From Phaeosaccion multiseriatum (Eukaryota; Protista; Ochrophyta, other classes): 64,000 nucleotides of DNA. This document shows, piece by piece, positions 61,655-64,000 of this stretch; within the stretch, counting starts at the first letter, position 1; each line of letters opens with the position of its first letter. Made by a program: the position numbers and the translations under genes. The stretch lies in the NCBI GenBank assembly GCA_965112735.1, contig OZ218954.1, positions 3,782,001 through 3,846,000 of the forward strand, in the 5' to 3' direction. A model generated the notes under the pieces. The model saw nothing but the letters and a program-made list of their open reading frames with translations, was not told the origin of the DNA and searched no databases.

Positions 61655-63938
61655 ATGGTCAAGAGGAAGAGCGCGACCGGCGGAGCGGGACAGAAGAGCA
61701 GCAGCAATGAAAATACCAGCACGAAAGGGGGGAGTCGAGAACGGAGCAGCGGCGGCAGCAGTAGCAGCAGCGACGGCAAAAGGACGGGGGTCGTCGGCGG
61801 GCTTCTTCCCTTGGTGATGATCGTGCTTGCGTCTGTGCTCTTCTTCAAGCGCGAGAACTGGGCGCGCGAGGACTCCCTCATGCGCCGCCTGCTCCCCGAA
61901 TCCCTGCTCTCCTCCTCCCCCACCTCTAGCCCACTGGGCACTGGCCTTCCCACCGACCCCTCCGTATACCTGTCCCCACACCATGCCGTGCCGGGCTTTC
62001 ACGTGGCCACCCTGTCCAACAAAGGCGCTGCCGTGGGCAAGATGATGGCGACGGTGCACCTCTACGGACTGCGGAGCAACGACTCATCCTCCCTGCTGCA
62101 CTTCGAGGTGCCTGTGGACTCGTTTGGGGCGCTGTACGCGGCTCTGGGGGAGGAGCTGAAGCTCGACGAGGCAGGCCCCTCGCCCCCAACGTAAGGAAGG
62201 AAGGAGGGAAGGAGCGAGTGAGGGAAGGGCAGACACGTCTGGAATTTGTCCATGTCTTTCTTTTGTCTTCACCCTCTCCTCACTTCCTTCTCTCCTTCCT
62301 CCCCTCGTCTCTTCTCTCGCTTGCTGCCCTGCCTACCTTCCCATCAACCTACCTGCTGCCGCTGTCCACTCTCACATCCTCAGCAAGTATCCGTGGGCGA
62401 TGTACAACGGAGACGGCTCCGCCAAGCTCGATTCTCTGGAGAAGGTCATGGAGACCCCCGTCCTGCTCATCTTCAAGGGGGGGGAGTTTATCTGGCCGGG
62501 TATAGAGGTGGGTGGGGGGGAGGGTGGGGGGTGGGCACTCATAGATAGATATACATATATATATATAGAGAGAGAGAGGGAGGGAGGGAGAGGGAGAAAC
62601 TCAGAGAGAGAGAGAGTGGGAGAGAAGTCAAGAGAAGAAGAGAGAGAGGTCGCTTTGGTGCTCTTGGATGGGGTGTGGACGTGGGGGGCGGGGCGATGTC
62701 TGTCTTACCATGACACCTCTCGAAGTGCGGCTCTGATATCTTGCCTCTCGTGCCTCGTTCCCCCTTCCCCTCTCTCTCGACTCTCTCCCTCTCTGCTCTC
62801 TCTCCCGCCCTCGCCTTCTCTGTCTGTGTCTGCACTCACTGACATGTACTCCGCTGCCCAGGAGGGGCACGTGACGGAGGTGAAGGGCTTGGCAGGGCTG
62901 GGTTCCATCCGAATGACCACTCTCTCCCTCAAGGTACGCCAGCCTGTTGTCCAGCTTCCTCCTCTCCTCTCTCTTTCTCCTCTCTGCTCTCTTGTCTTCT
63001 TTTTTGTTTTCTTCTTTTTTCGCTCTACCTCCTCTCCTCTCCCCTCCTCTCTCCCTTATGTCTCTCTCAGCTCCATCAACTGCCATCCCATCCCCCCTCC
63101 ACTGCCGTTGCACCCCCCCCCTCCTCTTGCAGCCGCTGGTGTTCGAGATGGAGAACTTCCTCACAGATGACGAGTGCGCTCACATCATCGAAAGAGCCTC
63201 GCCCAACCTCGCCCCCAGGTGGGTCCTCACGTATATACCTCGCACACACATACACACACAGAGTACACACACACACAATACACACACACGCACCAGGCCC
63301 AGTGCACGGCTGCTGATGCTTGACTGTACTAACAGAACCGGCCTTCCACTGCCATCCACTCTTCCTTATCCTCTCCCATGCCTCTCCCACATCGACACTG
63401 CCTGTCGGTCCGTCTCTGTCTGTCTCTCACTCCCTCTCTCTCTCTCTCTCTCTCTCCCTCTGTCTCTCCTTCTCTGTCTGACTATTCTGTCTGTCTGACT
63501 ATTCTGTCTGTCTGTTCTCCCCGTCCACCGCCCTCCTCCCCATCCACTGCCATCCTCCCTCCTTCCCCCCACCCCAGCCCGGTGACCCTGATGGACAATG
63601 ACTTGGGCAAGAGTGACGACAACTGGCGGACCTCGCAGAACACATTCCTCCCCTCCAAGGGGGACGACAAGCTCGTGGCAGTGGACCAGAGGGTCGAGGT
63701 AAGTCAGATGGGGGAGGAGGAAGGGAGGGGAGGGGAGAGGGGAGGGGAGAGGGGAGGGGAGAGGGGACAGCACCCCATGTGCTCTGTCGATGTGCTCTCT
63801 TTCCAACCGAACCGAATGTGCCTTTCATTACAACTTGGGGGGTGCTTGGTGTCAGGACCTGACGCGGGTGTCCAAGCTGCACCAGGAGAGCGTGCAGGTG
63901 CTGCGCTACAGAGACGGACAGAGGTACTCTGCACACCA
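61655..63938 (+). CDS. Transmembrane prolyl 4-hydroxylase (2OG-Fe(II) oxygenase), 3'-truncated by the window end
   Basis: N-terminal TM anchor, then PLVFEMENFLTDDECAHII, WRTSQNTFL and ESVQVLRYRDGQRYSAHH|gtaag. The HxD motif is split by the last visible intron. Confidence 0.88.
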
Positions 63939-64000
63939 CGTAAGTAGCACCACTTATTTGCTGCGTACGTATGTGCGTCGTATGCACGTACGTAAGTGCT

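Noticed and set aside
1140-63855. Introner-type repeated whole introns
   Set aside because: Introns share only short motifs, not end-to-end similarity or consistent TIR/TSD structure.

Overview
This is eukaryotic nuclear DNA, GC-rich and saturated with microsatellites, with many short GT-AG introns. It is most likely from a photosynthetic stramenopile (ochrophyte). That is an inference from a signal-peptide + 'ANG-FVG' bipartite plastid-targeting presequence and a KRE6/SKN1-type GH16 of the chrysolaminarin-transglycosylase kind. Most ORF-track entries are artefacts of simple repeats. Manual splicing gives about 13 genes: a hypothetical membrane protein, a Dpy-30/DD-like protein, a U2AF65-like splicing factor head-to-head with an organellar uS17, a 719-aa orphan, an XK-like membrane protein, a frameshifted EGF+7TM gene, an EF-hand protein, a small thylakoid-targeted protein, a CDPK, a GH16, and an RCC1-repeat protein head-to-head with a prolyl 4-hydroxylase. 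There is also an intact 497-bp MITE and a decayed Ty3/Gypsy pol containing a 56-bp-arm hairpin. The most striking unexplained signal is an intron 'grammar'. Several short non-microsatellite motifs, chiefly GGATGGCAGTGGATGG, recur dozens of times, in the purine orientation just after donors and as the reverse complement just before acceptors, whichever strand the gene is on. All gene models and family calls were made by eye, without database searches.
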